Virus record (IMG/VR): IMGVR_UViG_3300018719_000005
Coordinates: 1-63,707 of that record
From: a virus
DNA: 63,707 nucleotides
Reading direction: 5' to 3' (one strand)
Shown here: piece after piece, positions 9,050-19,073 of the stretch
How the letters are laid out: the number at the start of each line of letters is the position of its first letter
Position numbering within the stretch: position 1 is the stretch's first letter
Notes under the pieces: generated by a model
Seen by the model: only the letters and a program-made list of their open reading frames with translations
Database searches by the model: none
What the model was told of the DNA's origin: nothing
Program-made: the position numbers and the translations under genes

Positions 9050-9715
9050 TTAGTTCGCTGGTTGTGAATGTGAATCCATATAACTCAATGCATTATAGAC
9101 GAGGCCTGCTGCTTCCGCTCTTGAAATTTTACTTTTCGGATTGAAATTTCCATTTGTGTCCAGTGTGGCAATTTTCAGTACTAAAGCCCGTTGAATAGAA
9201 CCTTGGTATGCTGCTGTCAGTTGTTCTTCATCTTTGAATGAAACCGGCACTATTTTGATCAACGGCAAATTACTGTGCTTCTCCATCGCCAGCATCAGAT
9301 GATGGATAAACGCTTCCCGTGTCCATTCCTGCTCTGGAACAAGATCGCGTGGCAAGTCCATTTCGTTATTCGCAGCGATCGTCAAGGTTTCTGCATACCA
9401 GGCTTGATTATCTGCGTTTACAAAATAATCATCTGCTTCTGGAGCTTTCATAAAAGTAATATGCGCAAGACTGAGATTCATGGCATTCACGATCAACTGA
9501 ATCCCTTGAGCGGCAGTAAGTGTAGCATCAGGAGCAAACTGATGGTCACCGGTTCCTTTAACATATCCCTTTTCCTGTAATGTTTCTATTTTCGCTTTCA
9601 TCGCTGTCCCCCCCAAATCTCGGAATGAAGATTCAGCTGCATAACTTTGAGAGACAAATGTCAGAGTAAACAATGTCACTAACGAAAGAGTATATAACTT
9701 ATTACTTCCAGTCAT
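9050..9715 (-). CDS. Secreted SLH-domain protein
   Basis: Signal peptide ending SQSYA-AE. SLH-like units: FRDLGGTAMKAKIETLQEKGYVKGTGDHQFAPDATLTAAQ and GNFNPKSKISRAEAAGLVYNAL. Confidence 0.8.
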   Translation of the reverse strand: MTGSNKLYTLSLVTLFTLTFVSQSYAAESSFRDLGGTAMKAKIETLQEKGYVKGTGDHQFAPDATLTAAQGIQLIVNAMNLSLAHITFMKAPEADDYFVNADNQAWYAETLTIAANNEMDLPRDLVPEQEWTREAFIHHLMLAMEKHSNLPLIKIVPVSFKDEEQLTAAYQGSIQRALVLKIATLDTNGNFNPKSKISRAEAAGLVYNALSYMDSHSQPAN

Positions 9716-9870
9716 ATCTTCACCTCATATGTTTTTGTCTTTGCTCTCTTTGACGAGATTATGGAGTGAACGTTTCAAGGTGTAATCAAAAACGGTTACC
9801 CTTAAACATGGAGGTCTTCAAGCTTACTCCCCTCACAAATATGACTCTGGAAGTATGCCTGCACTCCGAA

Positions 9871-9900
9871 TGCCCTCCTCGGACTATCCGATGGAGGGCA
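9871..9900 (-). terminator. Hairpin at the end of the late/lysis operon
   Basis: tgccctcc / ggagggca forms an 8-bp stem 11 nt downstream of the holin stop. Confidence 0.45.
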
Positions 9901-9910
9901 GCCTACAGTA

Positions 9911-10192
9911 CTATTTTAACGCTTTGACTATATTCATTTTTTTCAAAAAACCATTTAAGTAATTGGCTCCACGTGAAGCTAAAATTCCAGCAGCTACTAT
10001 TGCAATGTAAGCGCTTGGACCTGTTAAATCAAACAGCTTGAGGTTTAATGCGAAAGCCAATGCTATACCCACCACAATTGCTGTGGCGTACGCTGCTTTG
10101 TCCCGGATCTTATCCGGGAATAGAGCTTTAACGATTTCCGTAACACCTTCCGTAAGCAATGCGACAAGAATCCAAGCAGTAATTGAATCCAT
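9911..10192 (-). CDS. Holin
   Basis: 93 aa with hydrophobic helices and a basic C-terminus. It lies immediately after the endolysin gene. Confidence 0.7.
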   Translation of the reverse strand: MDSITAWILVALLTEGVTEIVKALFPDKIRDKAAYATAIVVGIALAFALNLKLFDLTGPSAYIAIVAAGILASRGANYLNGFLKKMNIVKALK

Positions 10193-10194
10193 GT

Positions 10195-10908
10195 TTACCC
10201 CTCCTTATTTGCTCGATCAACAAGTACAAACGTAAGCCATGGCAAATCTTCAAGAATGCTTTGTGGATCGTCTTTCAGCCGTTTTTTCCAATCCTCTGGG
10301 TTCTGCAAGACAAATGTCGCACCTTCACCCTGTTCTGCTGCCAAGCTATCAATAGCCTTGTAAGCTAGATCAAGCTGCCACTGTTCATATGCTTTCATTA
10401 CTGCCTCCACCGCCTTTTCCGCTAGTTTTTCAACGGGTGTGACTGGTTTATCAAGTCTTGTGAGGTTGTATTGATTAACGATCCGCATGATGTTGTCTGC
10501 ATACCTCGGATCGGTCGCGTACCCTGCGCGCTGGAGCGCTTCTGCATAGGCTCGGGGAGTCGCAGCTTTCAGAACGCCTGCGTTTACGTACCTCGCCTTT
10601 TTGAGCAACGATAAATGATCGTCGATCGCCTCGCCGTAGTTGTTATAGGCGCGAAAATTGGCTTTCACCTGCGTTTTGACTCCGTTGTAATATTCAGTAG
10701 TCAGGATCCTGACGCTTCCAGCTGGACCAACGCCCTTGATATTCCCCAGGTTGTAACTTTCCTTGCCAGTGTTCATATCTTTTGGGGTTTTCAAGTCCCA
10801 CCCACATTCCTGGATGAGCTGCGCGATGACACCGGAAGGACATGGGTACTTACCCACAACGTACTGTGCAAGCGTGTTTATCACTCTTTCTTGTTTAGAC
10901 TCGAGCAT
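10195..10908 (-). CDS. Endolysin, GH73 N-acetylglucosaminidase type
   Basis: AQLIQECGWD...NLGNIKG...FRAYNNYGEAIDDH..AGYATDPRYADNI. The start is set at the internal ATG 10908 (MLESKQ) to avoid a long overlap. Confidence 0.8.
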   Translation of the reverse strand: MLESKQERVINTLAQYVVGKYPCPSGVIAQLIQECGWDLKTPKDMNTGKESYNLGNIKGVGPAGSVRILTTEYYNGVKTQVKANFRAYNNYGEAIDDHLSLLKKARYVNAGVLKAATPRAYAEALQRAGYATDPRYADNIMRIVNQYNLTRLDKPVTPVEKLAEKAVEAVMKAYEQWQLDLAYKAIDSLAAEQGEGATFVLQNPEDWKKRLKDDPQSILEDLPWLTFVLVDRANKEG

Positions 10909-11248
10909 CAATGTCCGCCTCCTTTGGTGCCTCTGGTACCCGTTTGAAGTTTTTCGCAGTACGGTCAATGAAATATCCACCCAGCACAGTTGTCACCGGA
11001 ATAATAGCCTGTCCAAGTAGAGAAATGTCATTGACCGTAAGGCTTCCCTTCACCAGTTTGTAAGCGAACGGAATTTGAAAAAGAATGTAGCTTCCCACGA
11101 TTGAAACAGCGATGATGTCCGTGATTGATAGGCCGTCCTCATCATTCCAGAAGCCGGCCATTTTCCCGCCGGCACGAACAAGAAGGACGACTATAGCAAC
11201 GGCTAATACCACACCGACAACGCCACCGATCTGTCCGTATGTAACCAT
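10895..11248 (-). CDS. Membrane protein of the lysis cassette (holin-like)
   Basis: Three or more predicted TM helices. It sits between the XhlA-like gene and the endolysin. Confidence 0.55.
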   Translation of the reverse strand: MVTYGQIGGVVGVVLAVAIVVLLVRAGGKMAGFWNDEDGLSITDIIAVSIVGSYILFQIPFAYKLVKGSLTVNDISLLGQAIIPVTTVLGGYFIDRTAKNFKRVPEAPKEADIDARV

Positions 11249-11251
11249 GGC

Positions 11252-11560
11252 TTACTTCCCTCCCTGGATGATGATAAGTCCGAGCAATGCCAGAATTATG
11301 ATGCCACCGACAGTGCGCCCAAGCCATGTATTCCATGCTTCCAGTTTTGTGATTCGTCTTTCTAAGTTACTGATTTGCTCCGTTCTGGCTGCGTTCAATG
11401 CCTGTGATTCAGCACGGGTGAGGTAAACTTGATCCAGGCTGCCCAACCGATGATTGAGCTGATCGATACTGCTTTTGATATCGGCCACACTTTTCAATTG
11501 CTCCTCCATCCGCGCCAATCGTTCCAATACTAAACTGTCGTTTTGTCGTCTGTCTTCCAT
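11252..11560 (-). CDS. XhlA-like coiled-coil protein with C-terminal TM anchor
   Basis: SD GAGGAGG lies 8 nt before ATG 11560. The protein has a coiled coil and then GGIIILALLGLIIIQ. Its position matches PBSX xhlA. Confidence 0.55.
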   Translation of the reverse strand: MEDRRQNDSLVLERLARMEEQLKSVADIKSSIDQLNHRLGSLDQVYLTRAESQALNAARTEQISNLERRITKLEAWNTWLGRTVGGIIILALLGLIIIQGGK

Positions 11561-11853
11561 GCGCCGTTTCCTCCTCACCCCCTTTTTGGGGCAAAAATTA
11601 AAGGAGCTGTTCAGCTCCCTATGCAATGCGTTGTAATTTTTCTGATACGGCGAGATCCGCAGGCGTCACCTGACCATCAATGTCGGGGCAGAGATTGATC
11701 CCTGCAAGATGCGGCACCTGAAGTACAGGCCGGGTGAGTATGAACAACATGGGAATAAGGAGAGCGCGTGACTTTTTCGATCACGCGCCCCATAATGGTT
11801 TTCCCTTTTATTAAAAGGAGGTCGAAACGTCTAAGTCTCATTCGTCCTGCCCC

Positions 11854-12315
11854 CTACCAGTTGATTGAGTCTACTTCATCTTTTGTGGTTGCCCCATTTA
11901 CTTGTTCTTTCAGTTCGTTGTAGCGACTAATAAACAACTGCATGCAATCGAAACCGTCTTTGAACACCTCGTGCAGCTGCGGCAGCGTATGAAGAAGGTA
12001 TCCAGCATCTAAGGTTTTGAAATCGACTGTGGTTCCTTCAGGTTCAAGCTCCAGCCGTTTGATAGCGAATCCCAGATTGTTCTGGGCTTCCGTGTCTGAT
12101 GGGTAGCTGTGAACTTCCCCTAAAGCGTCCGATTCGAATCCAGAGGTGATCGCATAGAAGCATGCCTCATTCAACTGCGCTACCTTCGCTTCTTTAAGCT
12201 CGTCCAGCGTTACTACATCCAGATCAATCTGCTTGTACCATTGATCCGCTGTCATTTCATTGCGCCTTTTCTTCCGATGCTCCCATAAATCTGTTTCAAT
12301 AAGCACTTCTGCCAT
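11854..12315 (-). CDS. Tail-fibre-associated protein (XkdW/DUF4376-like; positional)
   Basis: Follows the fibre gene. Motif: KVAQLNEACFYAITSGFESDALGEVHSYPSD.EAQNNL. Confidence 0.5.
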   Translation of the reverse strand: MAEVLIETDLWEHRKKRRNEMTADQWYKQIDLDVVTLDELKEAKVAQLNEACFYAITSGFESDALGEVHSYPSDTEAQNNLGFAIKRLELEPEGTTVDFKTLDAGYLLHTLPQLHEVFKDGFDCMQLFISRYNELKEQVNGATTKDEVDSINW

Positions 12316-12329
12316 CTCCGTCCCTCCCT

Positions 12330-15300
12330 TTAGTCAAACGAGTACCCAATGGCATCGAACTGGATCGTTCCCAGTGTGTCATTGGCTATTACAGTCACAC
12401 GTACTGAGATTCCCCATTCAGATGCCGTTTTTGTGTTGTTTGCAAATTGGTGATATGTTCCGCCCAGAAAAGCAGCTGTTGCGTCCTCCCATGTCGGTGC
12501 CGAATCAAACGCGTTATTGCTTACCTCCACCTTTAGGGATGCAGGTAATTCTCCATCTTTTGCCATGGAATAAACCGCATTAAATACAACCCTGGACGCT
12601 GCCACAGATGTTTTGAATGGCTTCTCTTGGAACTGAAGGACATTCCCAACTCGGATGCTTCTGACGGATGACCATGCTCCCTGCCCGCCAGTGCTTCCAT
12701 CTACTGCTGCCATGCGCCAGTAGTACGTATGCCCTTCCACTAGGTCGTTTTGCATCGTGTAACGAATTTGCCCGCCTTCATAGGCGCTAGTCACACCGTC
12801 ACCGGTAATTGGGCCGAAGCTTCCGACCGTTGTTTTTGCCTCCCATCCAACAGGAGCTGCGGCGCTTTCATAGGTGCTGACATTTACTGTAAAGTCGCTG
12901 TCTTCCGCTAGTTGCAGCACAAACTTCTGGCCATCGTTCTCTATGTCGTCACCGATCGTTGCAATAAATACAGGGCGGACAGGCGTCCGGTACGTATCCG
13001 TGGGAGTTACCAGGGCCAATGCATCCGGTAAATTGTTCGTAATGAAATACTCGTATCCGGTCGAATTACTAGTTAGCCCGGTTGCATCTTTCGCGGTTAC
13101 CTTCCAGCGGTACACTTGCCCACCATTCAACAAGCCTTTAGGAACGTCGTAGTATTTATTTGGTGACGTAACAAATCCGGTATCCAGAATCAAAGAACCG
13201 GAACTTGTTTCGATCACGACGTTATAGGCACTTTGAGCATCCCCGTCTGTATCACTGTACGACCATTGCAGCTTAGGAGTCATCCCGGCTCCTGCCGGAC
13301 TTCCGTTCGTTCCTTTTGGAAACGTTTGTTCTACGGTGGGAACATTCCCAATTATCATGTACAGACGATTTGATGTGAATTGTACGCCATTATTGTCCGT
13401 AGCTGTAATTTCCCAACCGTACAATCTCCCTGCTGCCAAAACTCCAGCAGGCATTGCATATGTTTTGGCCGCCGATGCCAAGGCCCCAGTATCATGCACA
13501 AGTGCATTGTTAGCATCGTACACCTTGAGCTGGTACTTCGATTGAGAGAATGCTCCGGAATAATTCCAAGCGAATATTGGTGTTGTTGTTCCTACGGCTG
13601 TTGGCTTTGTTTGGTCAGTTGATCCCGGAGTGCGCCCAGTGAAAGTCGGAGCCGTTGATACCTGGGTAACGGTCATAATTACTTGGCCATTGCCAACGCG
13701 TACGCCATCGGTGGTTGCTACGGATGTTCCTGTTCCTGTATATCCATTTCCGCCGCCGCCGCCATAACCACTGCTATTCGTACCGCCACCGCCGCCGTAA
13801 TAGCCGCCGCCACCACCACCGCCGCCATAGCCATAATCAGGTTCCGATGAACCTGTATATTGTCCATCACCACCAACGCCAAGCCCTGCCGCGCTTCCAT
13901 AGCTTATTCCTGCTGTTGTTCCGTTCGCACCGCCGCCTGGATTACCATTGCCACTACCTGTACCGCTCCCTGCCGAGCTATCACCTGAACCAAAGCCACC
14001 GCTAGATATATTGATATATGCGCCAGCACCACCTCCGCCACCAGCAACTATAATGCGGTCAGCAAGGGCAAATGTACCACGCCTTACATCAGACGCACCG
14101 CCGCCACCACCACCACCGACGCTATTACCGTTGCCGCCCAAACCTCCGCCGTTCCAGCCTCTTGCTCCGCCTGTGTTTGCCCCATTACTACCGTTAGCGT
14201 TAAGGCCGTTACCACCCTTTCCGCCAACGAAAACTTTCAGTGTTTCACCAGGCGTCACGGTATATGTAGCTTTGGCGTATCCTCCTTTTCCACCAACTGA
14301 TGAAACGCTGCCACCCTCGGCCCCGTATGCTTCAATGGTCATTTGCGTAACGTTAGCAGGGACAATAAAAGTTTGTTCAGCGCCTGTATAATTAAATGTG
14401 TAAACGTCATTCACCGCGGCTTGCTCAACAATTTTGAAATATTCGGCTGAGCTGTACCCGCTCGCTGAATCTGCCTGATCCCATGTTTTTACCTGCCAGT
14501 AATAGACCACATTCTTGCTCAACACTCCGCCGGGAACTTGGTATTCCGTTAGTGATCCAAGAACTTTTCCCGTGTCATGTATTATGGAATTGTTGGATGC
14601 CAGTTTGATACACACTTGATAGGCGGATTGCGTGTCCCAAACATCTGAATCCAAGAATGACCAGTCAAATGTTGGTGTATTTGCGGTTATAATAGCCGGG
14701 CTAGCACTTGTCCCTTTTGGATTGTTAGTTGGCGGTGTACTTGGTGTATTGCCAAAATCGTAAAAATAATAGTAAACTGCTCCCGCTGTCATGCGGACAA
14801 GAAACTCCAATTTCCCGTTTTTCCATCCACGTTTCATGGAAATGGAATCTACCCCACTTGCAATCAACGTTGTTGCTGCGCTCCAAGCGGCGGTAGATCG
14901 AGTGTACTTTTTCATTTTCAACGCGTTGCTTTCAACGTAGAAGAAATACGGATCATCATTATGGTCAAACTCAACAGCCATATTGGCGGAATTATTCGTT
15001 AATGTGTACCCAGTTGTAACTAGTGGTTGGATCGCTGTCTTTACACCCGCCGAATCAACTTGTTGCAATTCAATTCCAGTCGTACTAGATTGTGCTGCAA
15101 CAACCATTCGTCCTTGGCTGTCGATTGCCGCCGCTCTTAGAAAAGTGCTACCTTGGCTTAGTTGCGCATAGTTTCCAAGCGACCACGTTGAATTGGCCTC
15201 ACTGTATGTGAGTTTTGCAAAATTTGTTACACTTGATATCGTGGCTTGAAACCATACTATGAGAAAATCCTTACTGTTCGGTATTCTTTGGATTGAAGTA

Positions 15301-15845
15301 ATGCCTTGAGATCCGCCTGATCCCTGAAAGCCAGATGGCGTTCCTACGGTAACAGTGCCATCTGCCGCAACGGTAATTGGGTAATATCTAATCCCATTTC
15401 CACCATTATAAAATGAGGTGACAACGTGAACTGCCCAACCTGTACCCTCCCGATGGGCAAGAATGTCCATATACCCATTGTTGCCATCGCTTGTGAGATT
15501 TTTTACTGACGTTGATTGTAATGTCCAAGCAGTACGTCCTGCATCTGGCGTGTATCGGGCATAATAGTACGAATCAAGCGTGCCGGACTCATTGATATAA
15601 ACAATGTGCAAATTGTCGCCCTCGTCAATGGCAGCTGCAAAATTCTCAATCGATGCCGACGGACTTGTCGCCAACGACTGCACCGCTCCAAAATTTACCC
15701 CGTTGTCTGTGCTTACCTTATACGTGATCCCACCGTTAAATTGCAAGGCAAGTGTGTTCCCGTTTGATAGTCTAAAAAGTTTGTGCTGCGTGGATGCGCC
15801 AAGCAAGCCATTGCCAAGTGAAACGCCACTAGATAATCGAGCCAA
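12330..15845 (-). CDS. Tail fibre / receptor-binding protein: N-terminal propeller-like region, four FN3-like repeats, glycine-rich domain
   Basis: 1171 aa. Repeats of the type TP.F.W.Y....Q.AY.V.I......DTG......Y.VP.G.L..G..Y.W.V. Gly-rich block GGKGGNGL...GGGGGGGYYGGGGG. Confidence 0.8.
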   Translation of the reverse strand: MARLSSGVSLGNGLLGASTQHKLFRLSNGNTLALQFNGGITYKVSTDNGVNFGAVQSLATSPSASIENFAAAIDEGDNLHIVYINESGTLDSYYYARYTPDAGRTAWTLQSTSVKNLTSDGNNGYMDILAHREGTGWAVHVVTSFYNGGNGIRYYPITVAADGTVTVGTPSGFQGSGGSQGITSIQRIPNSKDFLIVWFQATISSVTNFAKLTYSEANSTWSLGNYAQLSQGSTFLRAAAIDSQGRMVVAAQSSTTGIELQQVDSAGVKTAIQPLVTTGYTLTNNSANMAVEFDHNDDPYFFYVESNALKMKKYTRSTAAWSAATTLIASGVDSISMKRGWKNGKLEFLVRMTAGAVYYYFYDFGNTPSTPPTNNPKGTSASPAIITANTPTFDWSFLDSDVWDTQSAYQVCIKLASNNSIIHDTGKVLGSLTEYQVPGGVLSKNVVYYWQVKTWDQADSASGYSSAEYFKIVEQAAVNDVYTFNYTGAEQTFIVPANVTQMTIEAYGAEGGSVSSVGGKGGYAKATYTVTPGETLKVFVGGKGGNGLNANGSNGANTGGARGWNGGGLGGNGNSVGGGGGGGASDVRRGTFALADRIIVAGGGGGAGAYINISSGGFGSGDSSAGSGTGSGNGNPGGGANGTTAGISYGSAAGLGVGGDGQYTGSSEPDYGYGGGGGGGGYYGGGGGTNSSGYGGGGGNGYTGTGTSVATTDGVRVGNGQVIMTVTQVSTAPTFTGRTPGSTDQTKPTAVGTTTPIFAWNYSGAFSQSKYQLKVYDANNALVHDTGALASAAKTYAMPAGVLAAGRLYGWEITATDNNGVQFTSNRLYMIIGNVPTVEQTFPKGTNGSPAGAGMTPKLQWSYSDTDGDAQSAYNVVIETSSGSLILDTGFVTSPNKYYDVPKGLLNGGQVYRWKVTAKDATGLTSNSTGYEYFITNNLPDALALVTPTDTYRTPVRPVFIATIGDDIENDGQKFVLQLAEDSDFTVNVSTYESAAAPVGWEAKTTVGSFGPITGDGVTSAYEGGQIRYTMQNDLVEGHTYYWRMAAVDGSTGGQGAWSSVRSIRVGNVLQFQEKPFKTSVAASRVVFNAVYSMAKDGELPASLKVEVSNNAFDSAPTWEDATAAFLGGTYHQFANNTKTASEWGISVRVTVIANDTLGTIQFDAIGYSFD

Positions 15846-15857
15846 TTACTCCACCTC

Positions 15858-16235
15858 CTACGGCAAATAAATTTTCCCTGACGGCGAATCAAATGTCCCG
15901 TGTACTAGTTGGACATCGTTTAAGTTCAGGAAAGTTTCAATTACGATATTTGCATTTACCCCGGTAAGCGCTGCATTGTTCCTCGTCGTTTGTGCGATTG
16001 CCTCTGCGATGAAGTTCTTTCGCATGTCGAGCATTGCGGCGCTCAATCCCTGCAACTCGTTTAGCGACTGGACGATAGGATTCAGCGTTGCGCCATTGAT
16101 GCGTGTTCCCTCTCGTTCAATTCCCAATTTTTCAATTTGCACAATTTCAGTGGTTCCATCTTTTCGGGTGAGCTTGTATTCTTTTTCCTTGCCATACGAA
16201 TATCTTCGATCTGTAAAAAACGGAAGATTGCTCAT
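15858..16235 (-). CDS. Tail/baseplate-associated protein
   Basis: ATG 16235 overlaps the upstream stop (TAATG). Assignment is positional. Confidence 0.55.
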   Translation of the reverse strand: MSNLPFFTDRRYSYGKEKEYKLTRKDGTTEIVQIEKLGIEREGTRINGATLNPIVQSLNELQGLSAAMLDMRKNFIAEAIAQTTRNNAALTGVNANIVIETFLNLNDVQLVHGTFDSPSGKIYLP

Positions 16236-16540
16236 TATGTAGGCTCCTTCCATGTAATTTCGATAGGGATTTCAGTCGTTAAGTCGGTATTATCCTTTAC
16301 GATGTTAAACGTGCCTGGTGGATCAGACCAACAGACCTGATTGCTTGCACTTTTGATAATACGTCGGGTAATGGTACCGACCTCAGAGGCAGGAACATCA
16401 ATAGAAAACCTCACCTTGTTTCCATCGAGGAGGCTGGTGAGCGCAACTGGTTTAATTGTTCCGTTGATTTCAATCTCTGCTTTTGAGAATAGTGACTGCA
16501 GATGCTGCGCCTGTTCATTTATGGCAAAGGTGCTCATCAT
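16235..16540 (-). CDS. Tail/baseplate-associated protein
   Basis: ORF overlapping the upstream gene by 4 nt. Assignment is positional. Confidence 0.55.
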   Translation of the reverse strand: MMSTFAINEQAQHLQSLFSKAEIEINGTIKPVALTSLLDGNKVRFSIDVPASEVGTITRRIIKSASNQVCWSDPPGTFNIVKDNTDLTTEIPIEITWKEPT

Positions 16541-17097
16541 AGCTCGTACTCACCTCCAGATGAGAAAGTTCCGCATACCTGATATGAGCTCACAACCACA
16601 ATGGGGGCAGTGAGATTTGTACCGTACTCAACTTGTCCGGCGTCTTGAATGACACCGAATTCATGATTCTGATGTCCGGGCTCCGAACGGGTTAAAATGC
16701 TTCTTAATTTAACGAGATCCATGACGTCTTTCTTCTGGATCTGCACGCGGTATCTAAACGGTCGAACGCGCTTAATGACTGTAGCCTGATATCCAAAGTC
16801 ACTTGCAAAGGCTATCACCTTGGCTGGCGTCAGCACTCCTTTTGCCCGCTGTTTGTTTAATAGACGGATCTGCCTGTCACGAATCAAATCCGCAGGCAGA
16901 GGCATTTCGTCGTAAATCTTCTCCCAACGAGAAATGAGCAGCACTGTTGTATCGAGTGCCAGCTCGTGCTTCATCTGTTGCTGCCAGGCTAAAAAGTCAT
17001 TCAGTTGTCGTTCATAGGCTCTCAGTTCACCACGCGAGACAGGGTCGTTATCGCTATAGAGTCCCGTGGCTTCCATTTGTAATCGTAGATCAAACAA
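16537..17097 (-). CDS. Baseplate protein, XkdU/DUF2313-like
   Basis: Follows baseplate J. Motif: LISRWEKIYDEMP...DRQIRLLNKQRAKG. Confidence 0.65.
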   Translation of the reverse strand: MFDLRLQMEATGLYSDNDPVSRGELRAYERQLNDFLAWQQQMKHELALDTTVLLISRWEKIYDEMPLPADLIRDRQIRLLNKQRAKGVLTPAKVIAFASDFGYQATVIKRVRPFRYRVQIQKKDVMDLVKLRSILTRSEPGHQNHEFGVIQDAGQVEYGTNLTAPIVVVSSYQVCGTFSSGGEYEL

Positions 17098-18187
17098 GAG
17101 TCACCACTCCCGGCAGTGGCATCTGTTTATTCGTCAGCGTGATTGGGGCATTCGGCGTTTGAATCACCGCATACTGTGCACCAGCATTAATGAGCGCCGC
17201 TACGATTCTGGACGGGTAAATAGTACCCCCGCCACCAACGGAGGCGATATAGGCTCTAAACGCCGTTTCAGCTTGCTCCTGTGTCAGCCCTGGTGCTTCC
17301 GCAGTCAATGCGACGACCACACCCTCTGGAGCGATAACTTTCAGATCAACGTTGATCGGCTCTCTGTTCGGGTCACTAAGGTAGGCATGCACTTCAGCCA
17401 GCTTCGCCGCGCTAGGGATGCCGTCGCCCGATGTAACCAATACGTCCATGGTTCCTTCACCTCGTGCGTTCTTAATGGCAGTGGCAGATGTAATCCCGGT
17501 AACCTTCTTTGCCTCGGCTTCCATCCAAGCAGGGGAGCCATGCCATTCCTCTTCTTTTGTGGCCTCAAAGTATCTGGCTCTTAATGTTTCGTCGTCTTCA
17601 TCGTTGGAACCGTCTGCAGTAGCATCGAGGTTTGTTACAAAGTTGATACCTGCTGGAGGCTTGCCGTAAAATCCAACGATATCGCCAGGTTGAATGTTTC
17701 CATCTTCTCCTGGTTCAACCGCTTCATATGACACTTCTGCTTCTAATTGATTAGGCAGCAGCGTCACTGAAACTGTTGAAGTAAACACAACGCCTTTTCG
17801 AGACACAACCAGTACCCCAGTTGGAACGGTTGTCTCCACGTCGGTCTTGGTCAGGTTCGGGTCGCGTCTGTATTGGAGACGTAACCCCTTTGCTTTTTGA
17901 GCAAGCTTTTCGGTAATGCCTTCCTCTTTTACAAGGGCTCTCAGATAAATGCCTGTGGCAGTGTCCGGCATGTATTGATTCACCGCTACGGCACCGCTCA
18001 CGTACAAGGCGTAGATTTGCTGTGCAACCGCCGATGCGCGGATGTGGGCGTCACTGCCTTTCTCAATGTCTAACTCATTTTTTTCTGCCTTCCAGTCGGA
18101 TAATATCTCGTTGAGGATCTGATCAAACGACTTCACCGGCACACCGTTTAAATCTTCATCAAAAATAATGCCGTTATGTTCAGCCAT
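17090..18187 (-). CDS. Baseplate J-like protein (XkdT-like)
   Basis: 365 aa. Size, position and general sequence pattern match the gp47/J family. Confidence 0.8.
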   Translation of the reverse strand: MAEHNGIIFDEDLNGVPVKSFDQILNEILSDWKAEKNELDIEKGSDAHIRASAVAQQIYALYVSGAVAVNQYMPDTATGIYLRALVKEEGITEKLAQKAKGLRLQYRRDPNLTKTDVETTVPTGVLVVSRKGVVFTSTVSVTLLPNQLEAEVSYEAVEPGEDGNIQPGDIVGFYGKPPAGINFVTNLDATADGSNDEDDETLRARYFEATKEEEWHGSPAWMEAEAKKVTGITSATAIKNARGEGTMDVLVTSGDGIPSAAKLAEVHAYLSDPNREPINVDLKVIAPEGVVVALTAEAPGLTQEQAETAFRAYIASVGGGGTIYPSRIVAALINAGAQYAVIQTPNAPITLTNKQMPLPGVVTLV

Positions 18188-18569
18188 AGAAATCGTTCAC
18201 CACCAGATCGAGGATTTCTCCATTCGGAAGTTCTACAGAGATTGCCAAGCCATATTGTCCCTTGCCCTTGTCCGTAAGAACTACATCAACGACACGATTG
18301 ATTGAACCGGCTTCCGCTTCCGGTTTCAGTGCCTCGTTTACATAGTCTTTTGCCTTTGTCGGCCTCGCAGAATAGGGGACCCGACTCAATTTATAGAGCC
18401 TGCTGCCCTCATCCTCGTAGCCTTGAATGACAAAAGCTTCTCGTCGCATCAACACGCGATTGAGAAGCCTTTGTCGTAAGATTTCTTTTTCGGTTGTCCA
18501 GGACTTGTAATTGCCGCTTTTGTCTAGCGTATACCCGCCCGGTACGTTTAGGATTGGATTCAACCCCAA
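18180..18569 (-). CDS. Baseplate wedge protein (XkdS/gpW-gp25-like)
   Basis: 129 aa immediately upstream of the J-like gene, with overlapping stop/start. Confidence 0.6.
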   Translation of the reverse strand: MGLNPILNVPGGYTLDKSGNYKSWTTEKEILRQRLLNRVLMRREAFVIQGYEDEGSRLYKLSRVPYSARPTKAKDYVNEALKPEAEAGSINRVVDVVLTDKGKGQYGLAISVELPNGEILDLVVNDFYG

Positions 18570-19073
18570 TCACCCCGCTTCTATTATGCTGAGTGTTTCA
18601 GCAGTTACTGAGAATTTTTTCGTCTTAATGATTAGCCCCTGATCATCAGAAGTTAGCTCCGTAATTGGGGTCCCCACCGCGTCCAATGTGTTCCATGTAA
18701 CCGAACCGTCCGCTTTGAAATGGATGTACTGCAAGATTCCGCTTGATAGAAGAGCTCCAGCCGCTACGATAAGGACGTCGCCCGGGTTATATTCAGGAAG
18801 CATCGCGGAGCGTGCCGCCAGTTTTGCCAGCGCTTCTTCCGGCCATTCCACCATCAACCCGGCATAGACTTCCTTTTCGTTGTGCTGGAACTGTACCTTA
18901 GCCCCGATTGGTGGGATGGCGTAGATGCCCGGTATCAGCATTTGGGGTGCATCCATTGGAGACCCGTCACCTTCGGCGGTCAGCAGGGGACCGGTTGCCG
19001 ATCTTTGGAGACGATCGACATATCCCGTCTCGATCGGCCACTCTGACTTTGTGGCTTGATAGGTCTTATTCAT
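18570..19073 (-). CDS. Baseplate protein (XkdR-like)
   Basis: SD GAGGAGG lies 7 nt before ATG 19073, which abuts the upstream stop. Confidence 0.55.
   Translation of the reverse strand: MNKTYQATKSEWPIETGYVDRLQRSATGPLLTAEGDGSPMDAPQMLIPGIYAIPPIGAKVQFQHNEKEVYAGLMVEWPEEALAKLAARSAMLPEYNPGDVLIVAAGALLSSGILQYIHFKADGSVTWNTLDAVGTPITELTSDDQGLIIKTKKFSVTAETLSIIEAG

Noticed and set aside
11627-11853. Short ORFs (38 and 43 codons) in the spacer between the fibre-associated gene and the XhlA-like gene, at the position of PBSX xkdX
   Set aside because: There is no convincing SD and no clear XkdX motif. The hairpin at 11764-11788 suggests that the region is mainly a terminator/promoter spacer.
13715-14391. 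Long plus-strand ORFs (Pro-rich 147 aa; His/Arg-rich 96 aa) opposite the fibre gene
   Set aside because: They are mirror images of the GGN-rich codons of the glycine-rich domain on the minus strand. They are low-complexity, have no SD, and lie entirely inside a well-supported gene.
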